DNA from: an uncultured Acidimicrobiia bacterium
Lineage (GTDB): Bacteria; Acidobacteriota; Terriglobia; Versatilivoradales; Versatilivoraceae
NCBI GenBank assembly: GCA_963810905.1
Contig: CAWEPG010000006.1
Span: 406,824 to 470,823 of the forward strand
DNA: 64,000 nt
Reading direction: 5' to 3'
In this document: positions 54,690 through 64,000 of the stretch, in pieces
Layout of the letters: the number at the start of each line of letters is the position of its first letter
Numbering within the stretch: the stretch's first letter is position 1
Program-made: the position numbers and the translations under genes
Notes under the pieces: generated by a model
Seen by the model: only the letters and a program-made list of their open reading frames with translations
The model's database searches: none
What the model was told of the DNA's origin: nothing

Positions 54690-56978
54690 ATGAAATTCCC
54701 CAACACATTTTCTCGTCGGCAATTTCTGCAAACGGCATCGTCTGTCAGCTTAGCCTGGGGCGGATTGCGTATCCTGGCCGGGCCAGCCGCTTTTCCACTT
54801 TCGCCAGCATCCAAGGAGAGAGGATTCCTTTACGGCACGGCCTTTTATAGGCCCCCGAACCCTCCACGGCAACAACGTCGCGAAATGTTAAAGGCCATTG
54901 CCCAAGAATATGGCTTCAACATCATTCGGATTTACCCAGGCTGGGACTACTACAACCCTGCTCCCGGTGTTTTTGTTTTCGACGATGTGGAGGAAGTTCT
55001 GCAGTACTGCGACGAATTCGGAATCAAAGTCTTGATGGGATTGGTTCTGGAATCCGGCCCTTGGTGGCTGGAGCAGGCGCATCCGGAAGCGCGCTTCGTT
55101 GACGCCAAAGGAAATGCGCAACGGCTGGAAGGAAGCGGGAACAACATGACGGGAGGGTGGCCAAGCCTTTGTATGGACTGGCCCCCAGTCCGGGAGGCTG
55201 CCGCAAAATACATTGAAGCGCTGGCGAAGTTCTCATCGGCTCATCCTTCCTTTTATGCTTATGATACCTGGAATGAGCCGCATATTGAGCCTGCCTGGCA
55301 ACGCAATATCTGGGCTACCCCACAGGAAAGGCTTTACTGTTATTGCGACAAGACGATTGAATCATTTCAAAACTGGCTCCAAAACCGCTATGGAACACTA
55401 GATCGATTGAACGAGGTTTGGACACGCCGTTATCCAAATTTTAAGGCCATCGATCCTCCTCGCGCCATGGGGACTTACATGGATTGGGTAGATTGGCGAC
55501 GTTTCATCATTGAACGCAGCACGGAAGAGCTGAGATTTAGGGTCAAGACCCTGCGGGCGACGGATCCGACCCATCTCATGGAAGACCACCATGCGCATCA
55601 TCCCCCATTCGACGCAATTGCCGTCAACGGAACGAATGCCTGGAAGCTGGCTGAAGCGGTCGAGACCTGGGGACTGTCTATCTTTCCGCGCTGGTTTGAT
55701 CTTCCCGTGTATGAAGGGGCAGGCAAAATCGAGATTACTCGTTCCTGTGCGGCAGGCAAGGAATTCTGGATGACCGAGCTGCAGGGCGGACACGGCAGCA
55801 AGGGCTTGTGGCGAAGCCCCAAGATGAGGGCACGAGACATTCGCCTTTGGAATTGGATGGCGGTTGCTGGTGGGGCGAAGGGGATTATCTACTGGACCTA
55901 CCATGCCGAAGGGACCGGCAGCGAAGCATCCGGATTTGGATTGGTGGATCGGAGCGGGGCTCCTACAGAGCGCGTGGAAGAAGCAGCTAGAAATCGCGCG
56001 CTCATTCAGAAGTATTGGGACATTTTCAAAGATTACACCCCGAAACCTGAGGTTGCCATCTTGACCGATCAAGACAGTGCGCTGTTGACCTATGCCATGA
56101 ACGGACAAGAAGATGCCTCCACTGAGTCTTTTCGAGGGTACTATAAGGCCATTTGGAACCTTGATTTGTGTGCCGATTTCATTGAGCCGGGAAGCCTAAA
56201 GACGGCTCAATACAAAGTCATCATTGCTCCCTGGTGTATCATGGGAAAAGAAGAAATCTGTGCACAATTGAAGCGGTTTACAGAAGCTGGCGGAACATTA
56301 ATTCTCGAAACATCTTTTGGGCTGTTTGATGAACGATGCTTTTACAATCCCGTGATTCCTCCTCACGGTCTGGCGGATGCATTTGGATATCGTGAACAAG
56401 AGAGCTACTTCATCCAATCGCCAGCAGGGAAAGATGTTGTGATTAGTAGCGGTGTGGTGGCTCCCCGAAAAGGGCTTGACCTGGCAGTGGAAGACCAAAT
56501 TTATTGGGGAACGGATATCGATGTCACTAACCCGGCCAATTTTCGGATCGCGGCCCATACCTTTTTGACACCCATCGTGTTGAGTTCGGCGCAGCCTACC
56601 GCACGCTGTCAAGATATGGTTGTCGGCGCCACAAAAAAGGTCGGCAAGGGCAGAGTGTATTACCTGGGAACCAGTTTGGGTGGGTCGATATTCGCGGGCT
56701 GTGACGCCGGGATTGAATTGCTTCGAGCCCTCATCTCTCCCGTCGCCCGCCCGCGAGTGACCTCCTTAGATCTTCGCCCGCGTCTGATCGAAGGGCCAAC
56801 GCGCAGCTTGCTTGTTGTATTTAACGATCGCACCCAAGACCAAAAGGGCGCCATCGAAGTCCCCATCCCGTTTCACCGGGCAGTGGACATTCATACGCTT
56901 CAAGAAATTACGGCGGACAAGAATGTTCTCAACGTTGAAGTTCCCCATCAGGACGTCAAAGTTATTTTGCTGGAATAA
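54690..56978 (+). CDS. TAT-secreted TIM-barrel glycoside hydrolase, beta-galactosidase-like (GH42/GH35-like)
   Basis: A twin-arginine signal (SRRQFLQTASSVSLA) is present. The GH42-like N-terminal pattern matches (NIIRIYPGWDYYNPAPGVF..DTWNEPH..MTELQGG). Its length of about 760 aa is typical. Confidence 0.5.
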   Translation: MKFPNTFSRRQFLQTASSVSLAWGGLRILAGPAAFPLSPASKERGFLYGTAFYRPPNPPRQQRREMLKAIAQEYGFNIIRIYPGWDYYNPAPGVFVFDDVEEVLQYCDEFGIKVLMGLVLESGPWWLEQAHPEARFVDAKGNAQRLEGSGNNMTGGWPSLCMDWPPVREAAAKYIEALAKFSSAHPSFYAYDTWNEPHIEPAWQRNIWATPQERLYCYCDKTIESFQNWLQNRYGTLDRLNEVWTRRYPNFKAIDPPRAMGTYMDWVDWRRFIIERSTEELRFRVKTLRATDPTHLMEDHHAHHPPFDAIAVNGTNAWKLAEAVETWGLSIFPRWFDLPVYEGAGKIEITRSCAAGKEFWMTELQGGHGSKGLWRSPKMRARDIRLWNWMAVAGGAKGIIYWTYHAEGTGSEASGFGLVDRSGAPTERVEEAARNRALIQKYWDIFKDYTPKPEVAILTDQDSALLTYAMNGQEDASTESFRGYYKAIWNLDLCADFIEPGSLKTAQYKVIIAPWCIMGKEEICAQLKRFTEAGGTLILETSFGLFDERCFYNPVIPPHGLADAFGYREQESYFIQSPAGKDVVISSGVVAPRKGLDLAVEDQIYWGTDIDVTNPANFRIAAHTFLTPIVLSSAQPTARCQDMVVGATKKVGKGRVYYLGTSLGGSIFAGCDAGIELLRALISPVARPRVTSLDLRPRLIEGPTRSLLVVFNDRTQDQKGAIEVPIPFHRAVDIHTLQEITADKNVLNVEVPHQDVKVILLE

Positions 56979-57261
56979 CGCTTGAACCGGAGTGCCGACA
57001 GGACTGAGGCAAGAAAGCCATCAGTATTAAGAAGACGGTGCGACCTCATTCATCGGGGTTCCTCGCCCAAGAAATTGATTCAGCTAGATTGTGACTGTAG
57101 ACAGAGGACTCGATGTGGATTAAAATTTCATTAGATTATCTCCCCCAAAGGGAACGGAGGTTACCGGCTTGAAACAGTAAAGATATTCAAAATCCTCAAT
57201 ATCGATGTTGGCTTCCCCTGGGATTCCAAGGGGCTAGCTAATTGTTTTTCAGGAGGAAAGA

Positions 57262-58887
57262 ATGTCTCTACTGAATGTCGCGAATCTCAGTTTCTGCTAT
57301 CCTTCGCATCCCATCTCCCTTTTTGAAAAAGTTTCATTCGAGATCAATCCTGGCGACCGTATCGGGCTGGTTGGCCCCAACGGTTCCGGTAAAACCACTT
57401 TGCTTCGCCTCCTTGCTGGAGAGCTAGAGCCACAAACAGGTTCCATTGTTCGTCGGCAACAACTCCGCCTGAGCTATGTTCGCCAGGAGAGCACGGCGCC
57501 GGATGAACAGCTTCTTAGAGAGTATGTTTTGATGGCGAATCCTGAATTGGGAATGATTTATCAACAATTCCGCGCTCTGGAAACTCAGTTGGACTGTTGC
57601 GAGCACGCCAGTCACTATGCGGAATGCCTGAACACGTACCAGGAGCGAGGTGGATTTCGATTGCAAGCCGAGGCCGAAAAGCTCTTGGACGGACTTGGCT
57701 TTCGTCCCCATGAAAGAGATTTGCCGATGGGTCTGTTATCGAGTGGACAACGCGCTCGCTCCGAACTCATCAGGCTTTTGCTTTCACCGGCAAATCTCCT
57801 ACTGATCGACGAGCCCACGAATCACCTCGACATTGTTGCCCGAGAATGGCTGGAAAACTATCTTTCCAATCTGGAGGCCGCCTATCTGGTGGTCTCTCAT
57901 GACCGAACTTTCTTGAATGAAGCCACGAGTAGAATTTTTGAAATACGCCATTTGGGCTTTGCCGTCTATGAAGGCAATTATCAGTTCTACCTTGGCCAGC
58001 GCGAACTTCGGGAACGACAGGTCTGGCAACAGTTTGAAGCGCAACAGCGACGATCGGAAGCCGCCGACTATTCGGCGCGACGGCGCTTGTCGTTGGCGAA
58101 TAAGGTGGCCAGAGCTCCCCGGGGTATTCGATCTGGCCATGACTTTTATAGAAGCAAGGCCGCCAAGGTTGCCCGGACGGGTCGGATTCTTCGCAAGAGA
58201 GTCCTTCGGGAGCCCGTTGCCATGAAGCCCTGGCAGGAAGATCCTATTCCCGCACTTCGATTTGAGAATGTCTCCGTATCAACTGGTGTCGCGCTTCGGG
58301 TCGAGGGATTGAGTAAAACCTGTGAGGATAAAGTCTTGTTTCACAACTTGAATTTCTATGTCCAATCGGGAGAGCGTTGGGGGATCCTTGGGCCGAATGG
58401 TTCAGGGAAGACGACTTTAATTCAGGTATTGTTGGGAGAAGTGCCTGCCGACGCGGGCAGGGTGCAGTTTGGCCGAAACGTACGAATCGCCTATTATGCC
58501 CAAGAGGGAGAGAACCTGGATCTTGCCAAGTCCCCTGTTGAACTGGGGCTCGAGGTCAATCCTAATGAAACCTGGGTCCGTACGATTTTAGGTTGTTTGC
58601 GTTTGCGCGGGGAAAAGGCGGCCTTCCCCATCCAAACAATGAGTGCTGGGGAACGGGCTAAAGTCGCATTAGCACGCACTCTTCTGGGAGAAGCCAATCT
58701 GCTCTTACTTGATGAACCTACCAATCATCTAGATATCGATGCACGGGAAGCCGTCGAAGAGACGTTGTCCCACTACCCTGGGACCATCCTCTTCGTTTCC
58801 CATGATCGCTATTTCATCAATGCTCTTGCAGACGAAATTCTAGACCTCTCGCCAAAAGGATCGTCTCCAGAGAGCGAGGGTCCTTAA
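57262..58887 (+). CDS. ABC-F family ATPase (two tandem ABC domains, no TM domain)
   Basis: Two Walker A motifs (GPNGSGKTT twice), two signature motifs (LSSGQRAR, MSAGERAK) and two Walker B motifs (LLLIDEPTNHLD, LLLLDEPTNHLD) are present. AGGAGGA precedes the ATG. Confidence 0.8.
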   Translation: MSLLNVANLSFCYPSHPISLFEKVSFEINPGDRIGLVGPNGSGKTTLLRLLAGELEPQTGSIVRRQQLRLSYVRQESTAPDEQLLREYVLMANPELGMIYQQFRALETQLDCCEHASHYAECLNTYQERGGFRLQAEAEKLLDGLGFRPHERDLPMGLLSSGQRARSELIRLLLSPANLLLIDEPTNHLDIVAREWLENYLSNLEAAYLVVSHDRTFLNEATSRIFEIRHLGFAVYEGNYQFYLGQRELRERQVWQQFEAQQRRSEAADYSARRRLSLANKVARAPRGIRSGHDFYRSKAAKVARTGRILRKRVLREPVAMKPWQEDPIPALRFENVSVSTGVALRVEGLSKTCEDKVLFHNLNFYVQSGERWGILGPNGSGKTTLIQVLLGEVPADAGRVQFGRNVRIAYYAQEGENLDLAKSPVELGLEVNPNETWVRTILGCLRLRGEKAAFPIQTMSAGERAKVALARTLLGEANLLLLDEPTNHLDIDAREAVEETLSHYPGTILFVSHDRYFINALADEILDLSPKGSSPESEGP

Positions 58888-58977
58888 GGTCAGAATGGTT
58901 TTCCGATTCGCGTTCTTCGATGTTGAATCCAATCGAAAATCGGCAATCCGCCATGCACAAGGCTTCTGCGGTAGTCA

Positions 58978-60733
58978 TCACTGTAAGATCTTCTCTGACA
59001 TGGATTCGGTTTGCATTCCCGCCATACCGGAGTTGGTTCTTAAGGCCCGTTTGCGATTGAAGGTCTCGAGCATCGCCTTCCCTTTTTCCGTATTTCCATT
59101 TCGAAGGCAGGCCAATCCATACTGGTAATAGGCGCGAAAAAGCGAAGGATCAAGGGAAATTGCTTTTTCAAGGTATTGTTCGGCTTTCCCGAATTCCTTC
59201 TGCTGCAGATAGAGCTTGCCGAGCTGGTAGTGCGCCTGAGCGTTGTTGGGGTCAATCTCCAGTGCCTTCTTAAATGAGCGTTCAGCCTCTGCCTCCCCCA
59301 GCTTCGGAGCACTGAGCTGGGCTGAGCCGAGTTGGACCCAGTGGATGGAAGGGACGTTGAGGTTCTTCCAGCGCAATGGCTTTGGTGTAACTACTTACGG
59401 CTTTCTCTGCCTGGCTTAGCGACTGATAAACTAAGCCCAAGTTGAAATAAAGTTCCCAAGAATCCGGATGGAGTTCCAGTCCCTTCTGTAAATAAGACTC
59501 GGCGACTGGATAGCTGTCGAACTCCCAGCAAAGCTTGCCTATTTCTGCATAGGCGTGGCCGTTGTGACTGTCGTGTTCGAGGGCCAGGAGATAGACCGCC
59601 AGAGACGAGCCATTCTGTTCGCTTTCGTGGAGAGCTCGACCAAACTGGTTATAAAACTCGCCTCTGGCCGCATCCTGAATCTTAAAATCTTGAGGGGGCA
59701 CTAATCCTTCACATTTTTCCATGGAACGGATGGAATAGATGAGCTTGGTTCCTTTTGACATCAAGCGGGAGCCCTTTTCAATTAAACCCGTTGCTTTCTC
59801 CTTTTGGCCTCGTTCAAGATAGTAAAGTCCGAGATTTAGGTACGCGCCCGCCTGGTTCGGATACAATTGCAAAGCTTTCTCCAGGTGTTGTTCCGCCTCT
59901 CCCCATTTTTCCAATCTTGCCAAGACCGATCCTCGGAGAACCAGATATTCCAGGCTAGGAATGGGGTCTTGCTTGATGCTAGAGAGCACTGTCTCGCATT
60001 CCGGATAATGTCCGGAAATGTAATAGGACAATGCCAGGTACATCCCGATTTCATAAGACCCTGGTTTTTGCTTCCAGCTTTTCTCGAGTGGGACTATAGC
60101 TTTTAGGTAGAGCACATGGTCGAACAAGATTTTGCCGGCTTGGAGAAAGAAATCCGGGCTTGAGGCTGAATCGTAAGTGGATTCGAGCAAGAGCACCGCC
60201 TGGTCATCTCCTCCGGTCAGAAAACGTGCTTGAGCTAGTTGCAGCACAACGCCAGGGTGCTTTAATCCTCCTTTGTAGGCCTCCTCCAGGTGCGGCCGAG
60301 CCTTTAGAGGCATAGCCTGAATCATGTACAGAAGGCCCAAACGGTATCTCAAGTCCATTGAGGTCGGATTACTAGTTATCGACTTCTCCAATAGTTCGCA
60401 GGCCTCTTGGATCCTACCCAGGTCCACCAAGGCGCTGGACCAGTCCCTCGTCATCTCTATACTGAACCGTCCCTCGACGCTGGCCTTCTGAAAATGCGAG
60501 ATCGCCTCTTCAGGGTGCTTCTCTTGTAAGGCAATACGGCCAAGCCATTCCTGGGCTAAGGTGGCACTTGCAGGATTTTTGAGAACTCCTTCCGCGAGAA
60601 GGCGGGCTTCCTGAAGTCTACCTTGCTGGAATGCCTCTCGAACGCTTTGCTCCCAATCTTGTTGGGCCATTAGCGAGAGGATTGGACAGACCAGGAGTAC
60701 CAGCGTGGCAATTCGTCGAGACATGACGTTCAT
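58978..60733 (-). CDS. TPR-repeat protein (signal peptide), probably one gene with a frame disruption near 59300-59376
   Basis: ORFs 59282..60733 and 58978..59376 overlap in different frames, and both are TPR-rich. The signal peptide is MNVMSRRIATLVLLVCPILSLMA. Confidence 0.5.
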
Positions 60734-60940
60734 TCAGAGGCTCTTGATTGGCTGAAGTTAAGCAGATTCGATTGACGATACTTGAGGATTGACTGGAGTC
60801 CGTAATGAATATCCCGAAGAGAAGCGGTGCCGATTCGCCCCCCATCCAAACGAAAGATCAATATCTCACCCTGTGAAAGAGTGCCCGTGCAATCGTTAAT
60901 CCGCAATCCAGAACCGAATATTGGTATTACTGTTCCTCAA

Positions 60941-62596
60941 TTACTTTTCTTCATAGGCTCTTCCTGCTTCCTGGTCACGGATGATCATGCGCTGTTCATT
61001 CAACTGTTTGAAAATCTGAGCTTCCTGGTCAGCTCTTTGTTTTTCTTCCATCCCGAGAAACGCCTGGCTTAAATGGAAGTGTGGCTGAGGATTGGCAGGC
61101 TCAATCTTAATCACCTTCTCCATTTCAATGACGACCTCGGGATAGCGTTTCATTGCAAGCAGCGATTTGGCCAATCCCAGTGACGATTCAACATGACCAG
61201 GGTCCTTTTCCAACGCCTTCCGATAATAATTCACGGCCTGTTCGTAATTACCCTCTTTAGCTTGCAAGTCACCCAGCGAAACGTATCCTTCTACCATTTC
61301 GGGGTCGAGTTGAATAGATTTTTCAAGAAAAGGTCTTGAATCTTTGAGACGGCCGAAGCTGATGAGCTGATAGCCCATTTCGAAGTTTGCACGAGCCGAC
61401 CCAGGGAATAGTGCTACTGTTTGCCTGGCTGCCTGGACGGCTTTTTCATACTTCCGATCCCTATGGTAAGTTTGAATGAGGAGTAGATTTAAATCCAGGT
61501 CTCCGGGCCATTGTTTCAGAGCGTCGTTAATTGTTTTCATGGACTCTGTATAGTAACGCCCCTCAATCAGCTGCAACGACAACAATGTAACTACTTTGAG
61601 ATCGTCCGGTTTGATCGATTGAGCACGTTTGAGCGCCTGGATTGCCTCCTCGGTCTTCCCCACCTGGCTCAGGATAACCCCCAACAGTGAATTGGCTTCG
61701 AAAGAATAAGGATGAAGAGCCGCAGCTCGTGCGAAATGCTCTTCGGCTTCATTTTCCCGCTGGGTGCGAAAATACATCAAACCTAGATTATAGTGAGCCT
61801 CATACAGGTTGGGAGAGAGTTGGACGGCCCGCTCGAGGAGTTTGATGGCCTGCTCAAATAATTCACTTTGGCCAAAATTAATACCTAAAGAGACTAGATC
61901 GTTAACATCAACCGTATCACTCAGGCGTTGATAAATTTCCATGGCCTTGTCGGTTTCTTTCGATTTCAGGTATTCCGAACATTGCATCAGAAGCGTCGTC
62001 GCTTCTCTTATATAGTCCCGCAGTTCCTTCGACTGATCGAGGGCTTTCTCGGCTTCTGCTTTGCGGCCTTGAGACAAATAGGCCTTTCCCAGTTGGGCAA
62101 AGATCCGGTCGTCCCGGGGTTGAATGGTGGCTCCTTTTTCAAGCACCGCAATGGCTTCATTTATTTTCGCCTCGGTCAAGTAAGCCTTTCCTAATTGGAA
62201 ATATTCATCCAGGATAGGCTTCCCGTTTCCCAGTTGGATCACCTTTTTCAGGTATTCAATACCCTTTAAAATGTCATTGTTTTGCAGAGAAATTCTGCCC
62301 AGATAATAGGCCGATAAAGCATGATCGGGGGCCAACTCCAAGGCCTTTTGAAATTCGCGGCTCGCGGCAGGCATATTTCCGAGTTTCCAATTGGCTAGCC
62401 CCAATTGATAGCGAGCATCGGCCTGGGATGGCTTCAACTCTAATGAGGTACGAAACTCAACAATGGCTTCCTGATTTTGCCCTTTGTCAAGAAAGTACAG
62501 TCCGCGAAGGTAATGAACTTCCGCCGCTTTATTTTGTTCTTTTGTTTGGGAAAAAAAAGAAGACGCCAATGAGGAGAAGAAGCAGTGGGGCAGCAT
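60941..62596 (-). CDS. TPR-repeat protein
   Basis: About 14 TPR units are present (HYLRGLYF.., RYQLGLAN.., AYYLGRIS.. and others). Confidence 0.7.
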   Translation of the reverse strand: MLPHCFFSSLASSFFSQTKEQNKAAEVHYLRGLYFLDKGQNQEAIVEFRTSLELKPSQADARYQLGLANWKLGNMPAASREFQKALELAPDHALSAYYLGRISLQNNDILKGIEYLKKVIQLGNGKPILDEYFQLGKAYLTEAKINEAIAVLEKGATIQPRDDRIFAQLGKAYLSQGRKAEAEKALDQSKELRDYIREATTLLMQCSEYLKSKETDKAMEIYQRLSDTVDVNDLVSLGINFGQSELFEQAIKLLERAVQLSPNLYEAHYNLGLMYFRTQRENEAEEHFARAAALHPYSFEANSLLGVILSQVGKTEEAIQALKRAQSIKPDDLKVVTLLSLQLIEGRYYTESMKTINDALKQWPGDLDLNLLLIQTYHRDRKYEKAVQAARQTVALFPGSARANFEMGYQLISFGRLKDSRPFLEKSIQLDPEMVEGYVSLGDLQAKEGNYEQAVNYYRKALEKDPGHVESSLGLAKSLLAMKRYPEVVIEMEKVIKIEPANPQPHFHLSQAFLGMEEKQRADQEAQIFKQLNEQRMIIRDQEAGRAYEEK

Positions 62597-62638
62597 TCAG
62601 GCGGGAAATGAATCCAATGCGGATAGGATCGATAATTT

Positions 62639-64000
62639 TCATTTCTCCTGCTTCTTGCTGATCTTCTTTTCTAAGTACAACCTGTCACTCTCTGCCTTTT
62701 TCTGGCGAAGCTGGCCGAAAATCTTGAGTTCTGCGTTGGCTTCTGCGGTCTGCCCAGCCTTCTTGTATGCCCCCGCCAGTATGTAATGAATGGAATCATC
62801 TTGCGGATTGGCGTCCCTGACTACTTTAAACCGCTCTATAGCCTCTTGATTTCGTCCCTGACTCAAGTATGCTTTCCCCAATTCTTGTTGAGCGACGAGC
62901 AGGCCTGGGTTAGCCTGAATGGCACTCTCCAGAAATGGAATCGCTAACTCAGGGGAAGCTTTCGACTGGTAAATACTGCCCACCTTGTAGTTTGCCACGG
63001 AGTGGAACGGGTTGCGGGCCAATTCTTCTTTGAGCCAGGTGAGCGCCTCATCTAACTGCTGCATCTTCCAATAGACGTTTCCGATTGCAAATCGGATTCC
63101 TGCCAGATCGGGAGACAGTTTGAGAGCACTTTGGTAGGCTTTCAGGGCTTCCGCATAGCGCATTTTCTCTTCAAGCAATTCTCCCGACATCTGATAAACC
63201 CGATAGGAACCCGAGTCGATATCAATCATCCGCTGAAGGGTAGCCGCTGCCGTTTCCTGATAGGCTTTCCCTAGCCAGTAAAGTGTTTCGAGATCCTCCT
63301 ACCTGAAGCGTGTTCTCAGTTTTTGGAGCGTCTCGATGGCTTCCTGGTAGTCTCCGAGTCCGAAGAACGTCCGTCCCAGGTAAAGCTGAGCTATCGGGTC
63401 CCCAGGACTTTGACGTAGAGTCGCGGAGGAAAAGTTCTTTAGCCTCTGTGAAGTTTTTCTCCCGAAATTTCAAGAGACCCTCGGAGCTTGAATTGATTGG
63501 GGCATTGGGAGTGGACGGACTCGAAAGAGGAGGATCATTGCTGGGTTCATCCGATGACGGCTTTGGTTTTGAACCTTGATTTGGGTTATTGGAAAGTTTG
63601 GACTTGAGGGCTGAAAGTTGAAGCTGCACTGTCGCGTCGTTTGGGGAGACCTTCAGCTCTTTTTCCAGTTCCTGGGAAGCTTTCGTCAAATTTTCCTGTT
63701 TCAGGAAGAGGTTGCCGAGCTCCAGGTGAATTCCTTCCCACTGAGGGCGCAAGCCAGCTACCTGTTGATACTGATCGATGGCCTGATCCAATTTTCCCTG
63801 TGAAACGTACCATTCTGCCTGAAGGCGGTGGGCCTCCGCCGATTCTTTATTGATGTCGCCAATTTTCTTGAACAACGCCGAAGAATAGCGACTGTAGGTT
63901 TGCGATAAATTATAAAGAGCCTCTAGGTCGCGGGGCTTCAGTTCGACCAACCGACGAAATTGCTCAATGGCTTTGTCAAACTGTTCCAGTGCCAGAAAAC
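62639..64000 (-). CDS. TPR-repeat protein(s), continuing beyond the window end, with a frame disruption or in-frame stop near 63222-63300
   Basis: ORFs 62639..63229 and 63222..63950 are both TPR-like. The second degenerates into non-TPR sequence, consistent with a frameshift. TPR coding continues in the reverse strand to position 64000. Confidence 0.4.

Overview
This is a 64 kb window from a bacterial chromosome of roughly 52-55% GC. Its gene content looks Acidobacteriota-like or PVC-like, but that placement is low confidence. The hints are a TonB-dependent receptor with an N-terminal carboxypeptidase-regulatory-like domain, a DUF1501 / PSCyt-DUF1553 gene pair, many TPR proteins and a CocE/NonD hydrolase. 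Most of the window is one large glycan-utilisation locus. It holds four GH38 alpha-mannosidase homologues, two (alpha/alpha)6-type putative glycosidases, a GH42/GH35-like TIM-barrel glycosidase and a TonB-dependent receptor. It also carries L-rhamnose genes in two blocks: a sugar-binding lipoprotein plus RhaEW-like bifunctional rhamnulose-1-phosphate aldolase/SDR, and later a RhaT-like symporter, an SMP-30/gluconolactonase homologue and a sugar-binding regulator. Two paralogous secreted proteins of about 720 aa with no family I can recognise bracket the locus. Other content is a Rieske plus cytochrome b/c-fusion bc-complex operon, a PQQ-dependent dehydrogenase, a bicupin, an ABC-F ATPase and TPR genes. 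A REP-associated tyrosine transposase (RAYT) sits between inverted REP hairpins. Several distinct intergenic repeat families are present. A striking number of large genes are broken by single-base frameshifts: the PQQ dehydrogenase, the TonB receptor, at least two GH38 genes, the RAYT and some TPR genes. That pattern points either to indel errors in a long-read or MAG assembly or to real pseudogenisation, and the sequence alone cannot tell which. I found no rRNA, tRNA or CRISPR array. The ORF track translates TTG/GTG starts as M, so I re-chose several start codons from signal peptides and RBS context.
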